Assembly (NCBI GenBank): GCA_964618905.1
Contig: CAZUDK010000003.1
Span: forward strand, 9,783-73,782
DNA length: 64,000 nt
Reading direction: 5' to 3'
From: an uncultured Candidatus Saccharibacteria bacterium
GTDB lineage: Bacteria; Patescibacteriota; Minisyncoccia; Phycocordibacterales; Zambryskibacteraceae
This document shows positions 16,669 to 26,552 of the stretch, piece by piece. A model generated the notes under the pieces. That model was not told where the DNA came from. It saw nothing but the letters and a program-made list of their open reading frames with translations, and ran no database searches. The stretch's first letter is position 1. Every line of letters begins with the position of its first letter. The position numbers and the translations under genes were made by a program.

Positions 16669-17913
16669 ATGGACCCCCATCTCTTGATTTTGTATTTCTC
16701 GCTTTTCATATCTCTCTTTTTTGAGGTTTTTCTTCTTATTACATACATTGAAATCCACGGAGAAATAAAAAGAGAGAATGAGTGGGCTGCCAAGGAGCCC
16801 AAAAATTTCCCTACCGTTACGATAGTAGTACCCTGCTTTAATGAAGAAAAAACTGTCGCAAAGACAGTAGAATCCATTTTTAACCTGGACTATCCTCGTG
16901 AGAAGCTGTTTGTCATTCTTGTAAATGACGGCTCAAAGGACGGTACTCTTAAAGTATTAAATAGTTTCAAGGATCATTCCAATGTCATGATTATAGACAA
17001 GGAGAATGGCGGCAAGCACACGGCCGTCAATGCTGCTCTGGAGCATGTTCAGACTGATCTGGTAGGCTGTCTCGATGCGGATTCCTTTGTTACGCCGGAA
17101 GCACTCAGGAAGATAATTCCATATTTTGAAGACGGAAGCGTCATGGCTGTTACTCCTTCCATTAAAGTCCATGAGCCGAACTCTTTCCTGCAATATATAC
17201 AGAAGACAGAATACAGCTGGTCGATTTTCCTTCGAAGGATACTAGCTTCACTCAATGCCCTCTATGTTACCCCTGGCCCTTTCTCTATCTTCCGCACTCA
17301 GGTATTCAGAAAACTGGGAGGTTATAAATATGCTCATATGACAGAGGACATGGAAATGGCTATGAGAATGCAAAAACACAGATATAAGATAGTTAATTCA
17401 CACGAAGCGCATGTCTACACCGTTGCTCCTTCCACTCTTAAAGGTCTTGTTAAGCAGCGCTCACGTTGGGCGTACGGCTTCCTCAATAATGCTTTCGATT
17501 ATAGGGAGATGTTCTTCAATAGAAAGTACGGGCACTTCGGCATGTTTATATTGCCAATAGCCACTCTCTCCACCTTCACTTCTTTTGTAATGGTAAGCAA
17601 CGTTATCAAAGGCGGTATTACAAAGTTTATGGAAATTTTAAACCGATACCAGGCTGTTGGATTTAATTGGGATATGTCTTTACCGACTTTTGACTGGTAT
17701 TTCATAAATACGGGCGCACTGACAATAATTGTTGTCATGGCACTTGCTCTGACTCTCTCTATTATCTACTTGGCTCTTAAGCTTTCGGATGGAAAGTTTG
17801 AAATAAGTCGAAGCCTATTCTACTACCTGTTTGTATATGCGTTTCTTACCCCTCTTTGGCTCATAAAAGCCTTATTTGACATAGTCACAAGAAGAAAGGT
17901 AACCTGGAGATAA
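16669..17913 (+). CDS. processive family-2 glycosyltransferase (NodC/IcaA/PgaC/chitin-cellulose synthase-like), integral membrane
   Basis: VPCFNEE, DAD and QRSRW (QxxRW) motifs. TM helices at both ends. 414 aa. Confidence 0.8.
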   Translation: MDPHLLILYFSLFISLFFEVFLLITYIEIHGEIKRENEWAAKEPKNFPTVTIVVPCFNEEKTVAKTVESIFNLDYPREKLFVILVNDGSKDGTLKVLNSFKDHSNVMIIDKENGGKHTAVNAALEHVQTDLVGCLDADSFVTPEALRKIIPYFEDGSVMAVTPSIKVHEPNSFLQYIQKTEYSWSIFLRRILASLNALYVTPGPFSIFRTQVFRKLGGYKYAHMTEDMEMAMRMQKHRYKIVNSHEAHVYTVAPSTLKGLVKQRSRWAYGFLNNAFDYREMFFNRKYGHFGMFILPIATLSTFTSFVMVSNVIKGGITKFMEILNRYQAVGFNWDMSLPTFDWYFINTGALTIIVVMALALTLSIIYLALKLSDGKFEISRSLFYYLFVYAFLTPLWLIKALFDIVTRRKVTWR

Positions 17914-18608
17914 TGTTTGACACAAAGAAGTATTTAGTGGCTTTTTTAATTACGGCAGCCGTTTTCAGCACGGCCTTGTTTACCTCTAACGCCTTAAATA
18001 GCAGAAAGCTAGAAGGCGTGCATTCTATAGAAAATAGAGTGGCTCTAGACATACTTTCTTCCGAGACGCAGTTTGCCCTGCTTGAAGAGACTTCTTGTCG
18101 AGACATTGGGCCTGGTTTTCTCTCTAAAGAGCTCGGCCCTCTTGGAGAGAAGCTTACATACACTGACGGCCAAACAGGCTTTAATCAGAATGACTTAAAT
18201 TATTTAAAGCGCTCCTACTTTCTTCTTGAGATAAAGGATTATCTTTTAATGAAGCGCCTGACTGAGAAGTGTGGCACGGAGCCGACTTTTATTCTCTATT
18301 TCTACTCTTCTAAATCCGATTGCAAAGATTGCGAGAAGATGGGATATGTCTTAACTGCCCTAAGAGAAAAATATCCAAGCCTGAGGGTGTATTCTTTCGA
18401 TTATGACTTTGATGTAGAAGCCATAAAGACCTTGATATCTATATACAAAATAGAGCCGAACTTACCTGCGCTCATCATCGATGGCACTGCTCATTATGGA
18501 TACCGTCCACTGGAACAACTTGAAGAAGATGTACCTGCTCTAAGCCGTCTAAAAGCAGAGCTTGAGGAGAAGAATGAATCTTCGACTACTCCTGCTTCAG
18601 AAAAATAA
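17913..18608 (+). CDS. membrane-anchored protein with a thioredoxin-like CxxC motif (hypothetical)
   Basis: The start overlaps the GT2 stop (TAATG). It has an N-terminal TM, then FILYFYSSKSDCKDCEKMGYVL resembling the Trx WCxxC region. Confidence 0.4.
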   Translation: MFDTKKYLVAFLITAAVFSTALFTSNALNSRKLEGVHSIENRVALDILSSETQFALLEETSCRDIGPGFLSKELGPLGEKLTYTDGQTGFNQNDLNYLKRSYFLLEIKDYLLMKRLTEKCGTEPTFILYFYSSKSDCKDCEKMGYVLTALREKYPSLRVYSFDYDFDVEAIKTLISIYKIEPNLPALIIDGTAHYGYRPLEQLEEDVPALSRLKAELEEKNESSTTPASEK

Positions 18609-18620
18609 TTTTTAATAAAT

Positions 18621-18696
18621 TGGAGCCACCTCCCGGACTTGAACCGGGGACCTTCGCTTTACAAAAGCGTTGCTCTACCAACTGAGCTAAGGTGGC
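18621..18696 (-). tRNA. tRNA-Thr (anticodon TGT) with encoded CCA
   Basis: Acceptor GCCACCT/AGGTGGC, D-arm AGCTCAGTTGGTAGAGC, anticodon loop TTTGTAA, T-arm CCCGG TTCAAGT CCGGG. Confidence 0.8.
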
Positions 18697-18703
18697 TTGT
18701 GTT

Positions 18704-19123
18704 CTACTCTACAACTTCTTCCAGGTTTTGAGAACCCTCACTGGCAGTTTCATTTCTACCTAATTCTTTGTTGGACAGGTTTTTGAAAAAATCTGATATA
18801 CCATCGTCTGTCCTCTTAAGAGCTTTAATTCCCCTGATTTTCTCAAGATATATGGAGCTTAGGTCTTGGACTTTGGTATTCGCTTTGCTTAAGAGTTTTT
18901 TGGAGTGTAATGGAAGCCTTCTTGAGACAAGCAGGTGCGCCTTCTCTTTGCTTTCTGAGTAGAAATGAGCGAAGCGATGCGAATAATCTCTTACCCTCTC
19001 ATCTCCGCGTGTTATTGCCCGAAGAAGCAGAAAAGTTCTTTTATATTTTATCTCTATCTTTTTGGCCAGGAGTATCGAGGATATTACCAAGCCAGAAAAC
19101 AAGAAGATTATTGGAAGGGACAT
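18704..19123 (-). CDS. hypothetical small membrane protein (139 aa)
   Basis: N-terminal TM followed by a charged coiled-coil-like tail. Downstream of tsf. Confidence 0.35.
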   Translation of the reverse strand: MSLPIIFLFSGLVISSILLAKKIEIKYKRTFLLLRAITRGDERVRDYSHRFAHFYSESKEKAHLLVSRRLPLHSKKLLSKANTKVQDLSSIYLEKIRGIKALKRTDDGISDFFKNLSNKELGRNETASEGSQNLEEVVE

Positions 19124-19196
19124 CCCAGTTAGAAATTATTAATATTTACGCTCAGTAATAATTTTAACATAGAGGAATTTCTAACGGGACAAGTTT

Positions 19197-19646
19197 TTAT
19201 ATTTCGAACCTAGCAAATTTGCCTATTTCGGTTCTCTCTCCAAATTTCTGTACAGCTCCGTTTACAAGATCTTCTATAGTAGTAGAGCTGTCTTTGATGA
19301 AAGGTTGTTTAAGAAGTTCTTCTGTATTTTCAGGATTCATTGCCGCTACATGAAGAGCAATATCATGAGCAATTTCCTTAAACTCAGGATTCTTTGCTAC
19401 GAAATCTGTCTCGCATAGTAACTCAAGGAGAACACCGATAGTTTCATTAGCGTGGATATATGAGGTTACAATACCTGCTCCCAGTGTTCTGTCGGTCTTT
19501 TTGGCTGCAATATCAGCGCCACGCTCTTTAAGGAGTTTCAGAGCCTCTGCTCTGTCACCTCCAGCATCTTCAAGGGCTTTTTTGCACTGCATTATGGATA
19601 GCCCTGTTTCGTCTCTTAAAGATTTGATTTCTTCTGTTGTAGCCAT
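19197..19646 (-). CDS. tsf: elongation factor Ts, unusually short form (149 aa)
   Basis: N-terminal UBA-like IKSLRDETGLSIMQCKKALEDAGGD, then TDFVAKNPEF. The protein ends at GKFARFEI. Confidence 0.8.
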   Translation of the reverse strand: MATTEEIKSLRDETGLSIMQCKKALEDAGGDRAEALKLLKERGADIAAKKTDRTLGAGIVTSYIHANETIGVLLELLCETDFVAKNPEFKEIAHDIALHVAAMNPENTEELLKQPFIKDSSTTIEDLVNGAVQKFGERTEIGKFARFEI

Positions 19647-19663
19647 TTTATTTTGTTTTGTTC

Positions 19664-20389
19664 TTACTTATTTTCTTCTTTGCCGTTAGGTGCTTCAGAA
19701 ACTCCTTCCTTGTAAGCTCCTGCAATTTTCTCCAGGAATAATGAGATGCTCTGTCTGGATGAGTCGTTGCCCGGTACAGCCATATTAATGCCATTAAGAT
19801 TGCAGTCTGATCCTGCCAGAGCAATCACCGGTATACCAATCTTCTTAGCTTCAGAGATGGCAATATGCTCCTTCTTAGGGTCTATTACTATTATAAGCTT
19901 TGGCAGAGACTTCATTCCAACTAGTCCGCCGAAGTATAGTTCCAATTTTTCAATATCGCGGTCTATAAGGAGTCTCTCTTTCTTAGTGTATTTGCCAAGC
20001 TCCCCTTTTTCCTTCTGGGAAGTAAGCTCATCGAGTCTTGCTAGGCGCTTTTTGATTTCTGAGAAGTTAGTCAAAGTGCCTCCTATCCACCTGCTGGCTA
20101 CATAAGGCATGCCGATCTCTGTAGCGGCTTTCTTTACTGCTTCTCTGGCTTCATTCTTGCTGCCTACAATAAGTAGAGATGCTTCCTCCTTGCCTTTTTC
20201 CTTGATGAATTCGATAACCTTTTTGAATTCTTCACTTGTTTTTTCAAGGTCAAAAATTTCTATATTATCTTTGGTGCCGAATAGGAATGGCTTGACCGAA
20301 GGGTGTCGGCGGGACTTCACAAAGCCGAAATGAGCCCCTGCTTTGAAGAGCTCGTCTATGAGTGTTTTTTTGCTATTTTCAGTTTGCAT
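19664..20389 (-). CDS. rpsB: 30S ribosomal protein S2
   Basis: GTKDNIEIFDLEKT and VASRWIGGTLTNF. Confidence 0.9.
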   Translation of the reverse strand: MQTENSKKTLIDELFKAGAHFGFVKSRRHPSVKPFLFGTKDNIEIFDLEKTSEEFKKVIEFIKEKGKEEASLLIVGSKNEAREAVKKAATEIGMPYVASRWIGGTLTNFSEIKKRLARLDELTSQKEKGELGKYTKKERLLIDRDIEKLELYFGGLVGMKSLPKLIIVIDPKKEHIAISEAKKIGIPVIALAGSDCNLNGINMAVPGNDSSRQSISLFLEKIAGAYKEGVSEAPNGKEENK

Positions 20390-20437
20390 AAACAGGGAAA
20401 GATTTTATCAAAAAGAGCTATATATTGCAATGTAGCA

Positions 20438-21409
20438 TTAATCTGCCTTATCAGCTTCTGACAAGGCTTTGATAATTGGCTCAATTTTGCCTGTCATTAT
20501 GTTTTCTATATTGTGCCACGACTGCTTTATACGATGGTCTGTAATGCGGTCTTGGAGTATGTTATAAGTGCGTATTTTTTCTGACCTATCAGCGGTGCCT
20601 ATCTGGGCTTTTCTCTCTCCGGCATATTTTGCAGCTTCCTCTTCTTCTTTTTTTGCTTCCAGCTTCGCTATCAGTATGCTCATGGCTTTTTCCCTGTTTT
20701 TTAGTTGGCTTCTTTCTGATGTCGAACGGACATCTATGCCTGTAGGTTTATGGATGATCCTTACTGCAGTTTCAACCTTGTTAACGTTCTGGCCGCCTGC
20801 ACCGCCTGAGCGCGAGGTTTCCATCTCAATGTCTGCTGGCTTTATTTCTATCTTTGTTTTCTTTCTAACGGGCAAAACAGCTACGGATGCGGTAGATGTG
20901 TGGACGCGTCCCATTTTTTCAGTTGCCGGTATGCGCTGCACTCGATGTACCCCGGTTTCGTATCTTAATTCCTTATAGACATCTTTGCCTCGTATTTCAA
21001 AAGATGCTTCTTTGTAGCCGCCAAGAGTACTGGGAGACACATGCAGCTCTTTTACACTCCAGCCTTTTATAGCTGCATAGCCTTTGTACATATTTGAAAG
21101 TTCTTCAGCGAAAAGAGCTGCTTCTTCTCCGCCTGCACCCGCTCGAATTTCGAGGATTACTTCATTAGGATATTCTTCGTCTTCTTCTTCAGAAGAGAGG
21201 ATTTCATCCATTTGTTTTATTAAAGAATCTTTTTGAGCTTTGATGTGGCTGAGTTCTTCCTCCGAGAGATCTTTCATGCTCTGGTCTTCTTCCAGAAGTT
21301 TTTTTATCTCGTTTTCTTCTTCAGATAGACGCTCGAAAGTCTCAGCAAGATAAGCAGTCTTAGGATTTTCTTTGTATTTTTCTATATCTGGAGTCATATA
21401 ATACTTCAA
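20438..21409 (-). CDS. prfA: peptide chain release factor 1
   Basis: GGQ motif ([11 protein letters not shown]) and a PxT-type tripeptide (IPATE). Confidence 0.85.
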   Translation of the reverse strand: MKYYMTPDIEKYKENPKTAYLAETFERLSEEENEIKKLLEEDQSMKDLSEEELSHIKAQKDSLIKQMDEILSSEEEDEEYPNEVILEIRAGAGGEEAALFAEELSNMYKGYAAIKGWSVKELHVSPSTLGGYKEASFEIRGKDVYKELRYETGVHRVQRIPATEKMGRVHTSTASVAVLPVRKKTKIEIKPADIEMETSRSGGAGGQNVNKVETAVRIIHKPTGIDVRSTSERSQLKNREKAMSILIAKLEAKKEEEEAAKYAGERKAQIGTADRSEKIRTYNILQDRITDHRIKQSWHNIENIMTGKIEPIIKALSEADKAD

Positions 21410-21502
21410 TTCTCGAAGAAGAAACGAATTTCATGTCTCTCGCAGGCCGGCTGGGTCAAGAGGATATAATTTGCAGCAGCAAATTATCACTTGTTAAGAA
21501 AT

Positions 21503-21772
21503 TTATTTTTTCTTCGGAGATGCAGCTTTTGCTTGTTTTTGCTTGAAGCGTTCCACTCGTCCTGCTGTGTCCAGAGTCTTTTCTTGTCCGGTGTAAAAAG
21601 GGTGGGAAGCTGAAGATATTTCTATTCTCACGAGCGGGTATTCTTTGCCATCGCTTTTAGCCTTGCCAGTCTCTTCTGTTTCAATGGTGGAAGGAATAAT
21701 AAACTCAGTATCACTTGAGCTGTCGACAAACAGAACTGGTCTGTAGTTTTCCGGGTGTATGGTCTTTTTCAT
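21503..21772 (-). CDS. rpmE: 50S ribosomal protein L31
   Basis: [10 protein letters not shown] and [21 protein letters not shown]. Confidence 0.85.
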   Translation of the reverse strand: MKKTIHPENYRPVLFVDSSSDTEFIIPSTIETEETGKAKSDGKEYPLVRIEISSASHPFYTGQEKTLDTAGRVERFKQKQAKAASPKKK

Positions 21773-21864
21773 TGAGCAATACTATACCCCACCACCTGCT
21801 TTTATGCAACTTCTGTTTTCCTAACTTTTAGCTCGCTGAAGCAGGTGAGGGGCAAGCCAGTAAT

Positions 21865-23256
21865 TTATACTCCCTGCAAGAAATCAATATCATTCTGGAT
21901 TTTGTCCGCTTTGGACATTACGCTTTGACCATAACTCAAGCCGACATTAGGACCGCTTGCGCCATAGCATGTTTTACCTGAGTAGTACCTGCAGGCAGCT
22001 GTGCGCTGGTCCACATAAGGATCTCCTGTAGTACCCATTATATCTTTTAGGAAAAGCCCCATAGCCATAATAGCATCCTGAGGATTCCAAGGATCGGGAT
22101 TAGATTTGCCTAAAGCTGCAGAGACCTTACTCTCCATGATATGCCACGTAGATGGGATGAATTGAGCTGGTCCCATAGCTCCTCCATACCCTACAGACAG
22201 AGGGCATGAGACCTTTGTAGTCAGAGGATTCCGGCCCAAACTGGTTACGATTTTTTGCAGCAACGGTAAGTCTCGGCTCGGATGTATGCCTACAGGAAAT
22301 ATTTTGCCGCTATTGACGCTCTTTAATGAGCCGCTATTGAGATCAGTGATAACACAGCTGCCGACATTTGCTCCAAGGTTTGATTCTTGCTGTAAGATGG
22401 CAAGTATAAGTGAAGGTTCTACACCTGTTTTTTTGCTTGCATTCTGCGCGTATTGGAGAGCGGTGCCAAAAGGTATGGCCCCTGCATCTCTAAGTGGGAA
22501 CAAGACTGAGCGTATTTGAGCAGCTTTTGCCTGCCTGTCTTTTAGAACCTGTTCATAAGTTTTCTCTTTATTTTTGCTGACAGCAAGCAGATTCTTTTTC
22601 TGCTCGTTAGCTACTTCCACTTCCCTTTTGGAAGCCTCAAGAAGCTCTTTAGCGGCGGATGCCCTCTCTCTCTGTTCAGCTAATTCATTCTTTTCTTTTT
22701 CAGTTTCAGTCTTGGTATCCCTAAGTTCTGTAAAAAGTTCTGCCAAAGCTTTCTCTGTGGATGAATAATAATCCAAATCTGCAAAAAATTCTGAAAGATT
22801 CTTACTTGAAAGCAGGGCTTCAGCCATGGAATAGGAGTTTATATCTTTGGTTTTGCGTAAGATATCCGCTATAGCTTCCTTGCCTTTTACTATGCGTGAG
22901 TCCAGCTCAGCAATCTTGGTTTGTTTGACTGAGATATCTTGGGAAAGGTTTGATATAGCTATATTTTTAGCCTTAATATTGGCTTGAGCAGCATTTATCT
23001 TAGCGGTTAAAGTAGCAACATCTCTAGCAAAAGAAGCGCTTTCTTGCTTGGTTTGATTCAATGCGGCTGTCCACTGTGCTATTTCTGCATTGCAGGCCTC
23101 AAGCTCTGATTCCAGCTGAGATCGGCTCTTACCCGCTATCTGATTTGTACAAGAGCTTGCGCTGGTATAAGCAGCGCTGCCAGGGAAAACTAATGCCGTC
23201 AAAGCCATTGCTGATACTAAGCATATAGCCTTAAGCGGACTTATTTTAGGTTGCAT
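21865..23256 (-). CDS. secreted coiled-coil protein with a C-terminal lytic-transglycosylase (SLT/GEWL-like) domain
   Basis: Signal peptide, about 230 aa of coiled coil, then ILAILQQESN (catalytic Glu region) and GAMGPAQFIPSTW. Confidence 0.65.
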   Translation of the reverse strand: MQPKISPLKAICLVSAMALTALVFPGSAAYTSASSCTNQIAGKSRSQLESELEACNAEIAQWTAALNQTKQESASFARDVATLTAKINAAQANIKAKNIAISNLSQDISVKQTKIAELDSRIVKGKEAIADILRKTKDINSYSMAEALLSSKNLSEFFADLDYYSSTEKALAELFTELRDTKTETEKEKNELAEQRERASAAKELLEASKREVEVANEQKKNLLAVSKNKEKTYEQVLKDRQAKAAQIRSVLFPLRDAGAIPFGTALQYAQNASKKTGVEPSLILAILQQESNLGANVGSCVITDLNSGSLKSVNSGKIFPVGIHPSRDLPLLQKIVTSLGRNPLTTKVSCPLSVGYGGAMGPAQFIPSTWHIMESKVSAALGKSNPDPWNPQDAIMAMGLFLKDIMGTTGDPYVDQRTAACRYYSGKTCYGASGPNVGLSYGQSVMSKADKIQNDIDFLQGV

Positions 23257-23318
23257 AATTAAGAACTCTAAATTAACAATCGAGTTTGATATTACTCAAA
23301 CTCGAAATTGGCTCTTCC

Positions 23319-23975
23319 CTATCCCTCTTGTTCTTCAGGTTTTGTTTCGGAATCTTCTGATTCTTCTTTGCCTTTCTTTTCAACTTCAATTGAAGACAGA
23401 TCTACCGGTTCTGATTCTTCTTCCTTTTCTTCCTTAGGTTCTGCTATTAAGGCAATGATTTCTTCTGGGTTTTCTGTAAGCGATACGCCTGAGGGCATTC
23501 GCAGGTCTTGAGCCATTATTTGGTCTCCAATATTCTTGAAGACGCTTATGTCTATAATAATGTGTGAAGGCAGGTCTTTAGGCATAGCTTCAACTTCTAG
23601 TTCATGCAGCACTTTCACAAGCACTCCACCTTGTTCTTTGACTGCTGGAGAGACACCTTCAAATTCTATTGGAAGTTCAACTTTAACTTTGTGGCCTTTT
23701 TCGAATACGTAAAAATCAGCATGTCTAGGTTCGCCTGTTATCGGGTCGATGTCTATATCATGAATAAGGCTTTCTTTCTCGCCTTCCGGAGTTTCTAAGG
23801 TCACTACTGTGGATTCTCCCGCCTCTTTCCATACTCTGTCAAAGTCTTTCTTGTCTATGGAGATGGGAGTACTTTCCTGTTTCTTACCATAAAAAACCGC
23901 AGGAATTTTTCCTGTCTTTCGCAAAACGTCCGGTTTTTCGGACTTCTCTCTTTTCTCGGTCTTTAAGGTAAGCAT
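23319..23975 (-). CDS. rplY: 50S ribosomal protein L25 (Ctc/general stress form with an acidic C-terminal tail)
   Basis: GKIPAVFYGK...HADFYVF...VEAMPKDLPSHIIIDIS. Confidence 0.8.
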   Translation of the reverse strand: MLTLKTEKREKSEKPDVLRKTGKIPAVFYGKKQESTPISIDKKDFDRVWKEAGESTVVTLETPEGEKESLIHDIDIDPITGEPRHADFYVFEKGHKVKVELPIEFEGVSPAVKEQGGVLVKVLHELEVEAMPKDLPSHIIIDISVFKNIGDQIMAQDLRMPSGVSLTENPEEIIALIAEPKEEKEEESEPVDLSSIEVEKKGKEESEDSETKPEEQEG

Positions 23976-24014
23976 GAGCTTATTTTACCTGACTTTACAA
24001 TAAAATCAACGGCT

Positions 24015-25676
24015 TTATTCCAGGGCTATATGCTCTTCCATATATGCGACTGTGCCTATATCTTGTTCCGTATCGCCTTCTGGAACTTTTTTGCCTGGAT
24101 TAAAAATATCTTGCGGGTCGAAAATTTCTTTAGTTTGCTTGAAAAGCTCAAGGATTTCCGGACTGTACATCCTGCTAAGGAAAGGGGTTCGGACAATACC
24201 GTCGTTGTGCTCGCCTGTTATAGATCCTTTATACTCAGCTACTAAGGAGTAAACTTCTTCTGATACCTTGCCAATGATTTCTATATTCTTTTTGTCGTGC
24301 ATATCCATGAGAGGAATGATATGGAAATTGCCATTACCTGCATGGCCGGCAATAGTGTAAGTCAGATTATATTTATCGAGAATCTTCCTTATCTTTGGTA
24401 GAAATTCCGCCATGTGTTCCGGCAAAACTACAATGTCGTCTACAAATGGCGCTGTTCGCCTGCCTTTAGTGTGTTCTCTGAGGAGATTAAAGCTCTCTCT
24501 CCTGACTGTCCAATATTTTCCGGCTTCCTCTTCTGATTTAGTCTTTCTCATTTCGTACTTAAAGTATTCAAGCTTTTTTTCTAAATCATCGAGCTTTTTC
24601 CCTACTTCTTCCTCACTTTGACCTGTATATTCCACCAACATGATCATTCTAGGCAGTCCTTTGCGGATTATCATCCACCCTTCCGGTATAAAAGATATCA
24701 AAAGTTTGAAGAAATTCTTGGGTTTCAAGGTCTTGATCATTTCCGGCAGGAAACGGAAAGCAAGTTTGAAAGTAGCATCGTCATATGACTCGATGCTTTC
24801 AGGATTTGTCGGCAAAATGATATTTACAAGCTCTGCCATGCGCGACAAATCGGGCAGGAAGATGACAAACAGCTTGGATACCGGCTCCACAGGCACTAAT
24901 CTTAATTTTACTTTTGTGACTATACCCAAAGTCCCCTGCGATCCGACCAAAAGCTTATTGAGGTTAAAAGTTTTTCCATCCCAGATGTTCCAAAGGTAAT
25001 ATCCTGCGGAATTTTTTGATACTCTTGGCCGTGCTTCTTCTATTTTCTTTTGATTGTCTTTTATAAGCTCAAATAGTTTTTTATATAAGTTACCTTCAAA
25101 ATCGCCTTGGCTCATTTTCATATCAAGCTCCCTTGCCGAGAGCGGCTTCACTGTATATTCCCTACCATCAGAGAATATAACTGTGCTCTCAAGAACAAAA
25201 TTTTCCATTTTGCCGTATCGCAAAGTTTTTTCTCCGCCACAGTTGTTCGATACCATGCCGCCGAGGGCGGCCAGATTTTTAGACGCCGGATAGCAAGGCA
25301 GGAGCAAGTTATGTTTAAAAGTTTCTTTTTCAAAGTCTCTGTAGAAGACGCCGGGTTCGACTAAGATGCTCTGCTCTTCTATGCCGCCGATGTTGTTTAT
25401 ATGCTTTGTTGTATCGGCAATAATGGATTCATTCAATGGGCCGCCGGTCATATCCGAACCAGCCGAGCGCATAGTCAGCGAGATTTCTGGGTTTTCTGCT
25501 TTCTTTTCTGCAATAAATTTAACAAGACTTTTAAGATCGTCAGAATTCTTGGGGAAAACCACTAATTTAGGCCGAACCTCAAAGAGAGAGGCATCGTGGC
25601 TGTATTTTGTGAGAGTCTCGTTGTCGTCAAAGACCTCTCCTTTGAAGAATTTTTGTATTTCTTCCTTTAGATTCAT
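24015..25676 (-). CDS. FAD-linked oxidase (PCMH-type FAD-binding; GlcD/D-lactate dehydrogenase-like)
   Basis: FAD-binding N-domain (VVFPKNSDDLKSLVKF...SAGSDMTGG) and a C-terminal GHAGNGNFH motif. Confidence 0.7.
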   Translation of the reverse strand: MNLKEEIQKFFKGEVFDDNETLTKYSHDASLFEVRPKLVVFPKNSDDLKSLVKFIAEKKAENPEISLTMRSAGSDMTGGPLNESIIADTTKHINNIGGIEEQSILVEPGVFYRDFEKETFKHNLLLPCYPASKNLAALGGMVSNNCGGEKTLRYGKMENFVLESTVIFSDGREYTVKPLSARELDMKMSQGDFEGNLYKKLFELIKDNQKKIEEARPRVSKNSAGYYLWNIWDGKTFNLNKLLVGSQGTLGIVTKVKLRLVPVEPVSKLFVIFLPDLSRMAELVNIILPTNPESIESYDDATFKLAFRFLPEMIKTLKPKNFFKLLISFIPEGWMIIRKGLPRMIMLVEYTGQSEEEVGKKLDDLEKKLEYFKYEMRKTKSEEEAGKYWTVRRESFNLLREHTKGRRTAPFVDDIVVLPEHMAEFLPKIRKILDKYNLTYTIAGHAGNGNFHIIPLMDMHDKKNIEIIGKVSEEVYSLVAEYKGSITGEHNDGIVRTPFLSRMYSPEILELFKQTKEIFDPQDIFNPGKKVPEGDTEQDIGTVAYMEEHIALE

Positions 25677-26521
25677 ATTTTGTTGAACAGTTTTAATTTT
25701 TTGGTTACCACCTCTTTCATCTCTTCGACTCCTTCAGCCAAGAATTTATAAGGAGCAAGTTCGTCTGTGCTCATTCCTTTTTCTACGCCGGCTTTATAAG
25801 CCATTCTCAGTTCAGTATTTATATGCACTATGCGTATGCCGGCATCTATAGCAGCCACAATATCTTCATCTGTATTTCCTGATGCGCCATGAAGGACAAG
25901 AGGAATTTTTACAGCTCCCGCTATTTCAGAAATTCTTTTGATATTAAGCTTGGGATCGCCGGTCTTAATGAGGCCGTGAATATTGCCGACAGATGGAGCG
26001 AAGAGATCTACGGTTGTTTCGTCCACAAACTTTTTGGCATCTTCCGGAGTGGTTTGTGTCTCTTCTGATACTCCGTCCGGTATCTCGTCTCGAATCTTTG
26101 AACCAGTGCCGATAAAGCCAAGTTCGCCTTCTACCAGCATTTCCGGATGCTTTTCTCTGGCATATCTGACGACCTCTTTTGTCATAATGACATTTTCAAA
26201 GAAAGGCTTTTCTGCTCCATCAATGATGACTGAATCAAAGTTGTTGTCTATGGCTTCTTTAGATGCTTCTACAGAATATGTGTGGTCGGCGTTGATAAAT
26301 ACCGGACGGCCTTCATCTTGCTTAACTTGCACCAAGGCGCGTATCTCTGCTACTCCAAGGAAGCTTCTTTCCTTCTCTGATACGCCAATAATTACCGGTA
26401 GATTTAATTCTTCTGCTGCTTCTGTTACCGCTTTGAATCCTTCCGAGTCCGAAACATTAAAATGTCCGATAGCTATCTTATTCTCTGCTGCTTCGGCAAT
26501 ATATTCTTTAAGTGTCTTCAT
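25673..26521 (-). CDS. fba: class II fructose/tagatose-bisphosphate aldolase
   Basis: AIGHFNVSD, LVLHGASGN and NINTELRMAY. The start was taken at MKTLKEY; the ORF track extends about 55 aa further upstream. Confidence 0.8.
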   Translation of the reverse strand: MKTLKEYIAEAAENKIAIGHFNVSDSEGFKAVTEAAEELNLPVIIGVSEKERSFLGVAEIRALVQVKQDEGRPVFINADHTYSVEASKEAIDNNFDSVIIDGAEKPFFENVIMTKEVVRYAREKHPEMLVEGELGFIGTGSKIRDEIPDGVSEETQTTPEDAKKFVDETTVDLFAPSVGNIHGLIKTGDPKLNIKRISEIAGAVKIPLVLHGASGNTDEDIVAAIDAGIRIVHINTELRMAYKAGVEKGMSTDELAPYKFLAEGVEEMKEVVTKKLKLFNKI

Positions 26522-26552
26522 GCTTACAATTCTATCATGATATACTTTCTCT

